A stretch of 64,000 nucleotides of DNA from an uncultured Alphaproteobacteria bacterium (lineage in GTDB: Bacteria > Pseudomonadota > Alphaproteobacteria > Rhizobiales > Hyphomicrobiaceae), in NCBI GenBank assembly GCA_963825625.1, contig CAWGUF010000019.1, forward strand, positions 135,534 through 199,533, written 5' to 3'. This document shows, piece after piece, positions 8,566 to 18,523 of this stretch. The translations under genes were made by a program, and so were the position numbers. Every line of letters starts with the position of its first letter. The first letter of the stretch is position 1. Below the pieces are notes generated by a model that saw only the letters and a program-made list of their open reading frames with translations, ran no database searches and was not told the origin of the DNA.

Positions 8566-11344
8566 GCCATGGCACGTGCTCCGAAATCGTCCGCCGCAGG
8601 TAAAAAGCCGCGTCCCTCGCGTGGCAAGTCCGGGAAGCCGCTGGCGCCGCCCGCGGAGACGGCCGCTGGCACGCCCGGTTTCGGCGAGGCGCCGCAGTCA
8701 TATTTTGTGCCCGGCGCCCCCCCCGCGGGCGATCCCAGCGCATCCGGCCGGCGCGCCGCAGGCGTGTCGGATGCGCCAAGCAAGACTCTCCCGGCCTTGC
8801 GCAACCAGGCGCTGACGCCGTCGTCGGATACATTCAGTGTCACGGCGGGGCTGCACGCGCTGCTCGCCCGGCCCGAGGAGCGGTCCACAGCCGCGCGCGA
8901 TCTGCTGGCGCGGCAGCCGATGATGGCCAGTCATCCGATCGTGGCCGGAACGGCGATGGAGTTCGTGCCGCACAGGCCAACCCGGCCCGAGAAATCGGAA
9001 GGCGGCATCCGGTTCGAGTTCGTCTCGGAGTTCGAGCCAAAGGGCGACCAGCCGCATGCGATCGCCGAGCTGGTGGCAGGTGTGCAGGCGCAGGAGCGGA
9101 CGCAGGTGCTGCTCGGCGTCACCGGCTCCGGCAAGACGTTCACGATGGCCAAGGTGATCGAGGCGACGCAGCGACCGGCGCTGATTCTGGCGCCGAACAA
9201 GACGCTGGCAGCGCAGCTCTACGGCGAGTTCAAGAGCTTCTTTCCGAACAATGCGGTCGAGTATTTCGTCTCCTACTACGACTACTACCAGCCCGAGGCC
9301 TACGTGCCGCGCACCGACACCTACATCGAGAAGGAATCCTCGATCAACGAGCAGATCGACCGTATGCGCCATGCCGCGACGCGTGCGCTGCTGGAGCGTG
9401 ACGACGTCATCATCGTGGCGTCGGTGTCGTGCATCTACGGTATCGGCTCGGTGGAGACCTATACGGCGATGACGTTCACGGTGCAGGTCGGCGACCAGAT
9501 ATCGCAACGTCAGCTGCTGGCCGATCTGGTGGCGCTGCACTATCGCCGCAACGACGGCAATTTCCATCGCGGCACGTTCCGCGTGCGCGGCGATACGATC
9601 GAATTGTACCCGGCCCACTTGGAGGATCGCGCCTGGCGCTTCTCGATGTTCGGGGACGAGATCGAGTCCATCACCGAATTCGATCCGCTGACGGGGCAGA
9701 AGAGCGACGAGCTGAAGCTGGTGAAGGTCTATTCCAACTCGCACTACGTGACGCCGAAGCCGACGCTGCAGCAGGCCATCCGACAGATCAAGGAAGAGCT
9801 GAAGCAGCGCCTCGACGAGCTTTACGCGAACGGCAAGCTCTTGGAGGCGCAGCGGCTGGAGCAGCGCACGATGTTCGACATGGAGATGATGGAGGCGACG
9901 GGCTCGTGCGCGGGGATCGAGAACTACTCGCGCTATCTCACCGGCCGCAAACCCGGCGAGCCGCCGCCGACGTTGTTCGAGTATCTACCCGACAACGCGA
10001 TCGTGTTCGCGGACGAAAGCCACGTCACCGTGCCGCAAATCGGCGGCATGTTCCGCGGCGACTTCCGGCGCAAGGCGACGCTGGCGGAGTACGGTTTCCG
10101 GCTACCGTCGTGCATGGACAATCGCCCGCTGCGGTTCGAGGAGTGGGATGCGATGCGGCCGCAGTCGGTTGCCGTATCGGCAACGCCGGGCGGCTGGGAG
10201 CTGGAGCAGACGGGGGGCGTGTTCGCCGAGCAGGTGATCCGGCCGACCGGGTTGATCGATCCGGAGGTGATCATCCGGCCGGCGACGAGCCAGGTCGACG
10301 ATCTGCTGGACGAGGTGCGCAAGGTTGCGAAGAAGGGCTACCGCACGCTGGTCACGACGCTGACCAAGCGCATGGCGGAAGACCTCACCGAGTACATGCA
10401 CGAGAACGGCGTACGGGTGCGCTACATGCACTCGGACGTGGAGACGCTGGAGCGGATCGAGATCATCCGCGATCTGCGACTGGGAGCATTCGATGTGCTG
10501 ATCGGGATCAATCTGCTGCGCGAGGGGCTCGACATTCCCGAGTGCGCGTCTGGTGGCTATACTCGATGCGGATAAGGAAGGTTTCCTGCGCTCGGAGACG
10601 TCGCTGGTGCAGACCATCGGGCGGGCGGCGCGCAATGTCGACGGTCGCGTCATTCTTTATGCTGACGGCATGACCGGGTCGATGGAGCGGGCGATAGCCG
10701 AGACCGACCGGCGGCGCGAAAAGCAGGTGGCCTGGAACGAGGCGAACGGTATCACCCCACAGAGCGTGCGCCGTTCGATCGGCGACATCATGGATTCGAT
10801 GTACGAGCGCGACCATGTGATCGTTGATGCCGGTGTCGCGGCCGAGGCCGGTACGGCGCTGGTCGGCCACAACCTGGGGGCGGTGATCGAGGATCTCGAG
10901 AAGAAGATGCGCGAGGCTGCGGCCGATCTGGAGTTCGAGACCGCCGCCCGGTTGCGCGACGAGGTCAAGCGCTTGCGCGAGACCGAGCTGGCGGTTGCCG
11001 ACGATCCGCTGGCGCGGGAGCTTGCCGTCGCCCCGCCGCGCGCTGCGACCTCCCGGCCTCCGAGCCGGGATCATGCGGGCGCGCGCAGCGCGCCGGTCAG
11101 GACTGCGGCAGGCTCAGGGATGGGCTCTGGGAAGGGCGCGCGCGAGGCGCAAGCAAAGAGGCCGCACAAACCGGGGCTCGATGAGATGACGGTCGGGCGG
11201 ACGGAGGTGCCGGCAGGCCGCGAACTGTCGACGCGGCCGCTGCCCAAACCGACGAAGACGGTCGATGTCGAGGACGGCATGGCGACCGTGCAGAAGGGCC
11301 CCCGTCGCGGCCGGGCAAAGAAGACGGGGCGGCCGGGGGCGTAA
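8566..11344 (+). pseudogene. uvrB: excinuclease ABC subunit B, with the reading frame interrupted once (apparent +1 insertion near 10541-10552)
   Basis: ORF 8395..10575 carries the N-terminal Ala/Pro/Lys-rich extension and UvrB helicase motifs ([24 protein letters not shown]) up to [15 protein letters not shown] 10553..11344 continues exactly with the canonical [16 protein letters not shown]...TIGRAARN and the UVR domain ([17 protein letters not shown]). The two pieces are in different frames. Confidence 0.85.
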
Positions 11345-11900
11345 AAGGAAATCGTCACCGGTTGTGGGACCGTTCAGTGTAATGAGATAACATTTCAGAT
11401 CGATCAGCTTCGGCTTTCACGGAATTTGATGGCCTGCTGCCAAGAGTCTGACTGCGAAGTGACCTGCATTTCGAGCACGGTCGAGTCATCGAGTGTCAAG
11501 GTCGGAGTCTGGCGTGTTATCAGTGCCCACGTCGTTCAATAGGCCACGCAATGCGCGTTTCGGGAGGCGAAGAGGTAATTTCGCATGCTGATTATGCTCA
11601 GGTCGAACCCGTAGACTTCGTGCGGATTGTGCAGCAATGGTCGTAATGATACGCACACGGATTGCGAGGCAGTCCGTTCGGCCAGATCAATCGGCCAGCC
11701 ATTTGCGGATGGCTGTGCGCGAATAGGCACAGATTTCTACAATCTGGCGATCGAGGGTAGGCTCTTTGCAGCATAGAGATTGACGGGGTTTGCCGGACTT
11801 ATTACTGATAATTGTTCAGATGTGATCGGCCCGAGTGAAAGGAGGCGGATCGCAGCTGGGTTGTCCATCTATCGTTCCGTATACAAAGGGAGGGGCGAAC

Positions 11901-12332
11901 GTGGGAAGGTGCGCGGAACGCGTAATCGAGACGTACTGCGATGCATACTTCCGGCGCGATTTCGATACGTGCATCGATTTATTCGAGGACGATGTTTTTT
12001 CCGGCATTCATTTGGACAGGAACCTGGTGCCGTTTGCCGGGCTGGGATTTGGCAAGAACGCGGTGCGGCGCCGGCTGGAGATTCTGGACGAGCTGTTTGT
12101 CGACGACCACTATCGCTTGATGCGGGTTTGTCCGGAGGGGCAGAACAGGGCCTGGTCGCGGATCGAGTTCCGCTCCTACCATCGCGCGACCGGCGAGGAA
12201 ATCGACGGGCATGTCCTGATCGACTGGCGCTTCCGCGACGGCCGCGTGATGCGCGCAGTGCACTATCCCGACAGGTCGCTGGTGGAGGCCTTTTTCCGGA
12301 TGGTTTCGGCTGAGGCCCTGCAAACCGAATAA
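11901..12332 (+). CDS. SnoaL/NTF2-like (ketosteroid-isomerase fold) protein
   Basis: ORF 11835..12332. GTG 11901 is preferred because AAAGGGAGGGG precedes it and the annotated ATG lies inside that RBS-like run. ~144 aa, typical size for the fold. Confidence 0.55.
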   Translation: MGRCAERVIETYCDAYFRRDFDTCIDLFEDDVFSGIHLDRNLVPFAGLGFGKNAVRRRLEILDELFVDDHYRLMRVCPEGQNRAWSRIEFRSYHRATGEEIDGHVLIDWRFRDGRVMRAVHYPDRSLVEAFFRMVSAEALQTE

Positions 12333-12433
12333 GCGGGCCTTGCTCATTCCCGATCAAGGGGGTCATGATATCTGCCTGAACTCCAGAGGCGGGCCCAATG
12401 GGCCTGCTTTCGTTTGCGCGGATTGGATCGAGC

Positions 12434-14779
12434 ATGGCGGATGGTGAAATGGCCCGGTGGCTGGGGCGGCGGGTGGTGCGGGTCGAGGATGCACGCTTGC
12501 TGGGCGGGGAGGGCCGCTTCGTCGATGACATCGAGTTGCCCGGCTTGCTGCACGCAGCGTTTCTGAGAAGTCCGGTCGCGCATGGACTGGTGCGCAGCAT
12601 CGACACCTCGGCGGCGGCTGCGATGCCCGGTGTCCGCGCCGTGCTGACGTACCAGGATCTCCGGCGGTTTCATGTCTTCGACCGTATCCCTCAGGCGCTG
12701 CCGGCCGGGGCACTGCGGTTCGATGTCGACCCCTATTGCCTGGTCGACAAGGAGGCGTGCTACGTCGGCGAGCCGATTGCCGTCATCGTGGCCGAGTCGC
12801 GAGCGGTAGCGGAAGATGCTGTTCGCGCCATCGAGCTCGATATCGAGCCGCTAGCGGCGGTCGTGGATCCGGTCGCGGGCTTGCAGGCCGGGGCTCCGAA
12901 AGCGCGTCTCGACGTCCCGGATAATCACGTTGCCCACAGCCGTATCGACTACGGTGACGTGGATGGGGGCTTTCAGCGTGCTGCGCATGTGCTCAGCGCG
13001 CGCTTCAGGCTCGACAAGGGGGGGATGCATGCGATCGAGACGCGCGGGATCGTGGCGCGGTTCGAGCCGCAAGAGGACCTGCTGACGGTCTGGTGCAACA
13101 CCCAGATGCCGCATCGGGCCAAGCAGATCCTGGTGGCCGCCCTGGGGCTCACAGAGCCTCAGGTGCGCGTGGCGGCACCCGATGTCGGTGGTGGCTTCGG
13201 TCCAAAGGCGACATTCCATCCCGAGGAGCTGGCGGTTCCGACGGCGGCCATGATGCTGGGGGCGCCGGTCAAATGGGTGGAGGACAGGGCCGAGAACTTC
13301 GTGGCCTGCTCGGGCGAGCGGTTGCAGGACTGGGATATGGAGATGGCGGTGGACGCCGATGGGCGGCTGCTTGCTGTCAGGGGGCGGCTTTGTCACGACC
13401 ACGGCGCGGCGACGCCATACGGCGTGGCGCTGGCCTACAACGCGGCGACCAATGTCGTGGGGCCGTACCGGTTGCCGGCGTACCGCATGGACATCGACTT
13501 GTGTCTGACGAACAAGGTTCCGGCGGTGCCCACGCGCGGCGCCGGGCGCCCGCAGGGCATGTTCGTGATGGAGCGTCTGCTCGACCGGGCGGCTGCAGCG
13601 GTGGGGGTCAGCCGCGAGGAGGTCAGGCGGCGCAACTTCATTCAGCCTGAGGAGATGCCGTTCACGATTCCCATTCTGCAGCGGGATGGCAGCGCCATGA
13701 CATACGACTCCGGCGACTATCCGCTGTGTCAGTCCAAGGCGCTGGCCGCGATCGCGTGGGATGGTTTCGAAGCCCGCAGGGCAGAGGCGCGGTCGCAGGG
13801 GCGGCTGCTCGGCATCGGGCTTGCCAATTATGTCGAGGCCACCGGACGCGGGCCGTTCGAAAGCGCCAGGCTCAGCATCGGCGCATCCGGGAAGATTTCG
13901 ATCGCCACCGGCGCCAGTGCTCAAGGCCAAGGCGTCGCGACAATGCTGGCACAGATCGCGGCTGAGGCGCTCGACGTGGACCCGGCCACGATTCACGTGG
14001 TGTCCGGCGACACGGTGGGCACGCCGATGGGTTTTGGCGCGTTCGCAAGCCGCCAGGCGGTGACCGCCGGCAACGCCATCATGGTTGCGGCGAGGCAGGT
14101 GGCGGACAAGGCGAAGCAGGCGGCATCGGCCATGCTCGAGGCGTCCGCCGACGACCTGGTGATCGTGAACGGGCGCGTGGAGGTGAAGGGGGTGCCGGGG
14201 CGGGGCAAGGCCTTGGCAGAGATCGCGCGGGCGATCAACGGCGTTCCAGGTTTTGCGCTGCCGGGCGGTGTTTCGCCGGGTCTTGCCGCCGCAGTCGATT
14301 TCGAGGTGTCGGCGCTGGCCTACTGCAATGGCTGTCACGTGGCAGAGGCGGAGGTCGATGTCGAGACCGGGCAGGTGCGGCTGACCCGCTACATCGTGGT
14401 GCACGACTGCGGGCGCATCATCAATCCGCTGATGGTGGAAGGCCAGGTGCTGGGGGCTGTGGTGCACGGCATTGGCGCCACGCTCTACGAGTGGATGCGG
14501 TATTCAGACGAGGGCCAGCCGCTATCGGTCAGCTATGGCGAATATCTGCTGCCGACCACCGATGTGGTACCGCGGATCGAGATGGTCCACGTCGAGACGC
14601 CTTCACCGACCAATCCGCTGGGGGTGAAGGGGGCGGCGGAGAGCGGCACGATCGGGGCGCCGGCGGTGATCGTGTCGGCGGTAGAAGATGCGTTGCGCGA
14701 GTATGGCGTGCGGGTGCGAGAACTGCCGCTGACGCCGGACCGGCTGCGCGCCTTGATTGCGGCTGCAGACGGACCCTGA
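12434..14779 (+). CDS. molybdopterin-binding large subunit of the xanthine dehydrogenase / CO dehydrogenase (CoxL) / aldehyde oxidoreductase family
   Basis: N-terminal WLGRRVVRVEDARLLGGEGRFVDD and a ~780 aa length with conserved XDH-family blocks. ORF 12398..14779; start chosen at Met13. Confidence 0.85.
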   Translation: MADGEMARWLGRRVVRVEDARLLGGEGRFVDDIELPGLLHAAFLRSPVAHGLVRSIDTSAAAAMPGVRAVLTYQDLRRFHVFDRIPQALPAGALRFDVDPYCLVDKEACYVGEPIAVIVAESRAVAEDAVRAIELDIEPLAAVVDPVAGLQAGAPKARLDVPDNHVAHSRIDYGDVDGGFQRAAHVLSARFRLDKGGMHAIETRGIVARFEPQEDLLTVWCNTQMPHRAKQILVAALGLTEPQVRVAAPDVGGGFGPKATFHPEELAVPTAAMMLGAPVKWVEDRAENFVACSGERLQDWDMEMAVDADGRLLAVRGRLCHDHGAATPYGVALAYNAATNVVGPYRLPAYRMDIDLCLTNKVPAVPTRGAGRPQGMFVMERLLDRAAAAVGVSREEVRRRNFIQPEEMPFTIPILQRDGSAMTYDSGDYPLCQSKALAAIAWDGFEARRAEARSQGRLLGIGLANYVEATGRGPFESARLSIGASGKISIATGASAQGQGVATMLAQIAAEALDVDPATIHVVSGDTVGTPMGFGAFASRQAVTAGNAIMVAARQVADKAKQAASAMLEASADDLVIVNGRVEVKGVPGRGKALAEIARAINGVPGFALPGGVSPGLAAAVDFEVSALAYCNGCHVAEAEVDVETGQVRLTRYIVVHDCGRIINPLMVEGQVLGAVVHGIGATLYEWMRYSDEGQPLSVSYGEYLLPTTDVVPRIEMVHVETPSPTNPLGVKGAAESGTIGAPAVIVSAVEDALREYGVRVRELPLTPDRLRALIAAADGP

Positions 14780-14797
14780 GCGCGGTCAACCGATGGG

Positions 14798-15103
14798 ATG
14801 GACATCATGGCGAAGGGCTATTGGATTGCAGAGATCACGATCCGCGAGCAGGACGGGTATGAGGCCTACCAGGCCGCCGTCCGGGTGGCGCTCGACATCT
14901 ATGGCGGCAGATATCTTGTCCGCGGCGGCAGGTCCGAGGCCAGGGAGGGCGAGCCGCGTCCGCGTGCGGTGGTGATCGAATTCAAGGACTATTCAACCGC
15001 GGTTGCCTGCTACGAGAGCCCGGAATTCACCAAGGCCAAAGGTATGCGGCAGCGCCTGGCCGACACCGACTTCCTGATCGTCGAAGGCTGGGACGAGGCG
15101 TGA
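14798..15103 (+). CDS. DUF1330-family small protein
   Basis: 101-aa ORF (MAKGYWIAEITIREQDGYEAYQ...). It begins 19 nt after the XDH-family stop. Confidence 0.65.
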   Translation: MDIMAKGYWIAEITIREQDGYEAYQAAVRVALDIYGGRYLVRGGRSEAREGEPRPRAVVIEFKDYSTAVACYESPEFTKAKGMRQRLADTDFLIVEGWDEA

Positions 15104-15230
15104 GCGCGACAGTGGCGCCGGCTCGCGGCAGGTGCCAATATGTGGCATGGATCGGGTGGGACGATGCTGCTACCAACCGAACTTTCGCATAGAGACGTGC
15201 AAGACGAGCTGATCGATTGCGAGCAAGCCC

Positions 15231-15578
15231 ATGAAATCCTGTACCCAATGCGGTCGCTGCTGCCAGAACCCTCACTTCATGGAGAGCCTCGGCATTTCCG
15301 AGGAGGACGAGGCGAGGTGGCGTGAACAGGGGCGAGGCGACATATTGGCGAAGGTGAACAACCAGATGGGCTGGCTGGAGCCTGGTCCGTGTCCGTTTGT
15401 CCACGAGATGGGAGATGGCCGCTACGCGTGTGCCATTTACGAGACGCGGCCCGGAACGTGCCGCGATTATCCGATTGCGGTGATCCACATGGAATTTGTC
15501 GATTGCGAGATGCTGGATCCGGGCGATACGGATGCCGATGTCGCCCGCTTCATGGGGCGGGCCGTGGCGCAACCGTGA
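15231..15578 (+). CDS. YkgJ-family Cys-cluster (putative Fe-S/Zn) protein
   Basis: CTQCGRCC ... CPF ... C motif arrangement of the UPF0153/YkgJ family. Confidence 0.7.
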   Translation: MKSCTQCGRCCQNPHFMESLGISEEDEARWREQGRGDILAKVNNQMGWLEPGPCPFVHEMGDGRYACAIYETRPGTCRDYPIAVIHMEFVDCEMLDPGDTDADVARFMGRAVAQP

Positions 15579-15717
15579 CGGAGAAAGCAGCTCGAGCCGC
15601 GCAGCGAAGTAAAATCGCGTTTCACCGTGCGGCGTGATAACCGCCTCAGGCGGCTTGTGTTGCGGCGGGGCTGGGCCGATACTGGGCCGTTTCCGCCGAC
15701 CCCGCGAGGCCGCCCGC

Positions 15718-16995
15718 ATGCCCAAGAGCCGCTTCATGCCGCATTACGCTTTCGTCGTGGCCGCGATCGCGTTCATCACGATGCTGACCGCGGCGGGCAT
15801 TCGCGCCAGTCCGGGCGTTCTGGTCGTGCCGCTGGAAAACGAGTTCGGCTGGTCGCGCTCCATCATCTCGCTTGCTGTCGGGATCAACATCCTGCTTTAC
15901 GGCGCCACAGGGCCGTTCGCTGCCGCACTGATGAACCGCTTCGGCGTTCGCAACATGATGCTGTTCTCGCTTGCGATGCTCGGCTACGGCGTGGGCATGA
16001 CGCCCTACATGCGCGAGTCGTGGCACATGCTGCTGCTGTGGGGGCTGATCGTAGGCATCGGTGCGGGCTCGGCGGCAAACGTGCTGGCGGTGACCGTTGC
16101 CGCGCGCTGGTTCACGAAGCATCGAGGGCTGGTCACCGGCATCATGCTGTCGGCAACCGCCACGGGGCAGCTCGTGTTCCTGCCGACGCTTGCCGCGATA
16201 GCCACGGCGTATGGCTGGCGCTGGGTGTCCTTCACCATGGCGATCTGCCTGCTGGTGCTGTTTCCGCTCGTCTTCTTCCTGATGCGCGACCGGCCGCAGG
16301 ATGTCGGGTTGCCGCCGTACGGGGAGACGGATGTCGAAAAGCCGGTGGAGCGGACGCGCGCCAATCCGGTGCGGGAGGCGTTCTCGGCATTGCGGGATGG
16401 GCTTGGGCAGCGCGACTACCTGTTGCTGGCGGCGACGTTCTTCGTGTGCGGAGCTTCGACCAACGGGCTGATGGGAACGCACCTGATACCGGCCTGCATC
16501 GACCACGGCATACCGGCGGTGGCGGCGGCGAGCATGCTGGCCTCGATGGCGATCTTCAATTTCTTCGGCACGACTGCGTCGGGCTGGCTGTCGGACCGCT
16601 ACGACAACCGGGTGCTGCTGGCGGTCTACTACGCCCTGCGCGGGGTGTCGCTGATCATCCTGCCGTTCTCGATGAACTCGTTCTATGGGTTGGCGCTGTT
16701 CGTTGCCTTCTACGGCCTCGACTGGTTCGCCACCGTGCCGCCAACGGTCAAGATCACGACACGTATGTTCGGGCGCGAGCGGGCCAACATCATGTTTGCC
16801 TGGCTGATGTGCGTTCATCAGATCGGGGGAGCGTCAGCGGCGTATCTGGGCGGTGCGGCGCGAGCCGAGCTCGGGACATATCTGCAAGCGTTCATCGTCG
16901 CAGCCCTGATGTGCTTCCTGGCCGCGCTGATCGCGCTGATGATCGGCCGGAACTGGGCGGTGGACGAGCCGCGACCGGTCGCTCAGCCGGCCTGA
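15718..16995 (+). CDS. MFS transporter
   Basis: 12-TM layout with MFS-type loops (GATGPFAAALMNRFGVRN). ORF 15634..16995; start at Met29, ATG 15718 checked. Confidence 0.85.
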   Translation: MPKSRFMPHYAFVVAAIAFITMLTAAGIRASPGVLVVPLENEFGWSRSIISLAVGINILLYGATGPFAAALMNRFGVRNMMLFSLAMLGYGVGMTPYMRESWHMLLLWGLIVGIGAGSAANVLAVTVAARWFTKHRGLVTGIMLSATATGQLVFLPTLAAIATAYGWRWVSFTMAICLLVLFPLVFFLMRDRPQDVGLPPYGETDVEKPVERTRANPVREAFSALRDGLGQRDYLLLAATFFVCGASTNGLMGTHLIPACIDHGIPAVAAASMLASMAIFNFFGTTASGWLSDRYDNRVLLAVYYALRGVSLIILPFSMNSFYGLALFVAFYGLDWFATVPPTVKITTRMFGRERANIMFAWLMCVHQIGGASAAYLGGAARAELGTYLQAFIVAALMCFLAALIALMIGRNWAVDEPRPVAQPA

Positions 16996-17003
16996 CAGGA
17001 AAT

Positions 17004-17029
17004 GGCTGGCGGGCTTGGCTGGCGGGCTT
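17004..17029. repeat. perfect tandem duplication of the 13-bp GGCTGGCGGGCTT
   Basis: Two adjacent identical copies immediately after the MFS stop codon. Confidence 0.6.
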
Positions 17030-17125
17030 GACGTCGGCATCACCGTCATTTGCTGCAGCACTTGTCAGTGAGGCGACGGCGAGGCATCACGTGCGGCATG
17101 CATTCGGGTTTCGCTTGAGGATTAG

Positions 17126-18466
17126 ATGATGAGATCAGCCAATTCGAAAACGGCCTCGCGCACGACTGCGGGTGAGGGGCCATTGAACATGCTTTCCGCT
17201 GCGGAGGCGGCGCGGGCCATTGCTGCCGGCGATTTCACGTCGGAAGCGCTCGTCAAGGCATGCCTCGAGCGGATCGAGGAGCGTGAGCCCAAGGTGCGGG
17301 CATGGGCGTTCCTTGATCCCGATCTGGCCCTGAAACAGGCGCGCGCACTCGACCGCGAGTTGAAGAAGAGCGGTCCTCGCGGGGCTCTGCACGGTGTGCC
17401 GGTGGGCATCAAGGATGTGCTGGATACGGCCGATATGCCGACCCAGATGGGCTCGGCGATCTATAAAGGCCATCAACCGAGATCGGATGCGGCATGCGTG
17501 GCGATGATGCGGCGCGCAGGCGCTGTAATCCTCGGTAAGACGGTGACGTGCGAGCTGGCGGGCGTGGCGCCGCGGGAAACGCGGAACCCGCACGATCCGA
17601 AACGTACCCCTGGCGGCTCCTCGTCAGGCTCTGGCGCCGCGGTTGCGGATTTTCATGTGCCGGTTGCATTCGGCACCCAAACCGGCGGCTCGGTGTTGCG
17701 GCCAGCGGCGTTCTGTGGAGCGGTGGGATACAAGCCGACCTACAACCTCATCAATCGCGCAGGGTTGAAATTCGCGGCCGAAGGCGTGGATACGATCGGG
17801 CTGATCGGACGTACGGTCGAGGATATGGCGCTGGTCACTGATGCCTGCGTCGGCCGATCACACAAGGCGGTGGCCAAGCTCAAGGCGCCGCCGCGTATCG
17901 GGCTGTGCCGGACGTTCCTGTGGGACGAGAAGGCGCAGCCGGAGACCAAGGCTGCGGTCGAGGCCGCGGCACGGGCAGCGGAAAAGGCGGGAGCCAGGGT
18001 GCGGCCGCTAGAGCTGCCGGCTGCGTTCACGCGGCTGACGAGGGTTCGTGATCTGATCAACAACTACGAGCGTGCCGTCGGCCTCGCCTGGGAATGGGAT
18101 GTGCATCGCAAGAGGCTGTCGCCGCAGATGACCGCGACGGTGGAGCGCGGGCTTGCCGCCAAACACGCCGACTACCTCGAGGCGGTGGTGCATGCCCAGG
18201 CTTGCCGGCTCGAGATCGACACGCTGCTGGAGGACTTCGACGTCCTGCTGACGCCGGCGGTCAACGGCGAGGCGCCGCTCGGCCTCGATTACGCGGGTGA
18301 TCCGGCTTTTCAGTCGCTGTGGACGCTGCTGCATGTGCCCAGCATCACGCTGCCGCTTGCCAAGGGGCCGGGCGGAATGCCGGTAGGCGTGCAACTTGTG
18401 GCGGCGCGAAATGCGGACAAGACGCTGCTGGAGGCAGCGCGGTGGATGATGGCGTTCGCGGCGTAG
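17126..18466 (+). CDS. amidase (amidase-signature family)
   Basis: GGSSSGSGAAVA signature with catalytic Lys/Ser context; 446 aa. Confidence 0.9.
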   Translation: MMRSANSKTASRTTAGEGPLNMLSAAEAARAIAAGDFTSEALVKACLERIEEREPKVRAWAFLDPDLALKQARALDRELKKSGPRGALHGVPVGIKDVLDTADMPTQMGSAIYKGHQPRSDAACVAMMRRAGAVILGKTVTCELAGVAPRETRNPHDPKRTPGGSSSGSGAAVADFHVPVAFGTQTGGSVLRPAAFCGAVGYKPTYNLINRAGLKFAAEGVDTIGLIGRTVEDMALVTDACVGRSHKAVAKLKAPPRIGLCRTFLWDEKAQPETKAAVEAAARAAEKAGARVRPLELPAAFTRLTRVRDLINNYERAVGLAWEWDVHRKRLSPQMTATVERGLAAKHADYLEAVVHAQACRLEIDTLLEDFDVLLTPAVNGEAPLGLDYAGDPAFQSLWTLLHVPSITLPLAKGPGGMPVGVQLVAARNADKTLLEAARWMMAFAA

Positions 18467-18523
18467 CCGTCTGGGCGAACGGGGCCGCGGCCGCTGTGCC
18501 ACTAGAGCAGTTTTATCCGACCA

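Noticed and set aside
10541-10552. Programmed +1/-1 ribosomal frameshifting in uvrB and the other broken genes
   Set aside because: No slippery heptamer or stimulatory structure at the junctions. The same phenomenon affects nine unrelated genes. Indel or mutation is the more economical explanation.
12851-14467. 538-aa minus-strand ORF, and similar long antisense ORFs (8698..9744, 15646..16818, 19475..20755, 29060..30706, 35793..36587, 38366..39640, 43571..44692, 56289..57401)
   Set aside because: All lie antisense to genes with strong family signatures and have low-complexity, Arg/Pro/Gly-rich translations. They are typical stop-codon-poor shadow ORFs in GC-rich DNA.
17004-17029. 13-bp perfect tandem duplication after the MFS gene as a functional element
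   Set aside because: Only two copies, no dyad symmetry, and located in a 3' UTR. Most simply a replication-slippage duplication. Recorded as a repeat feature only.
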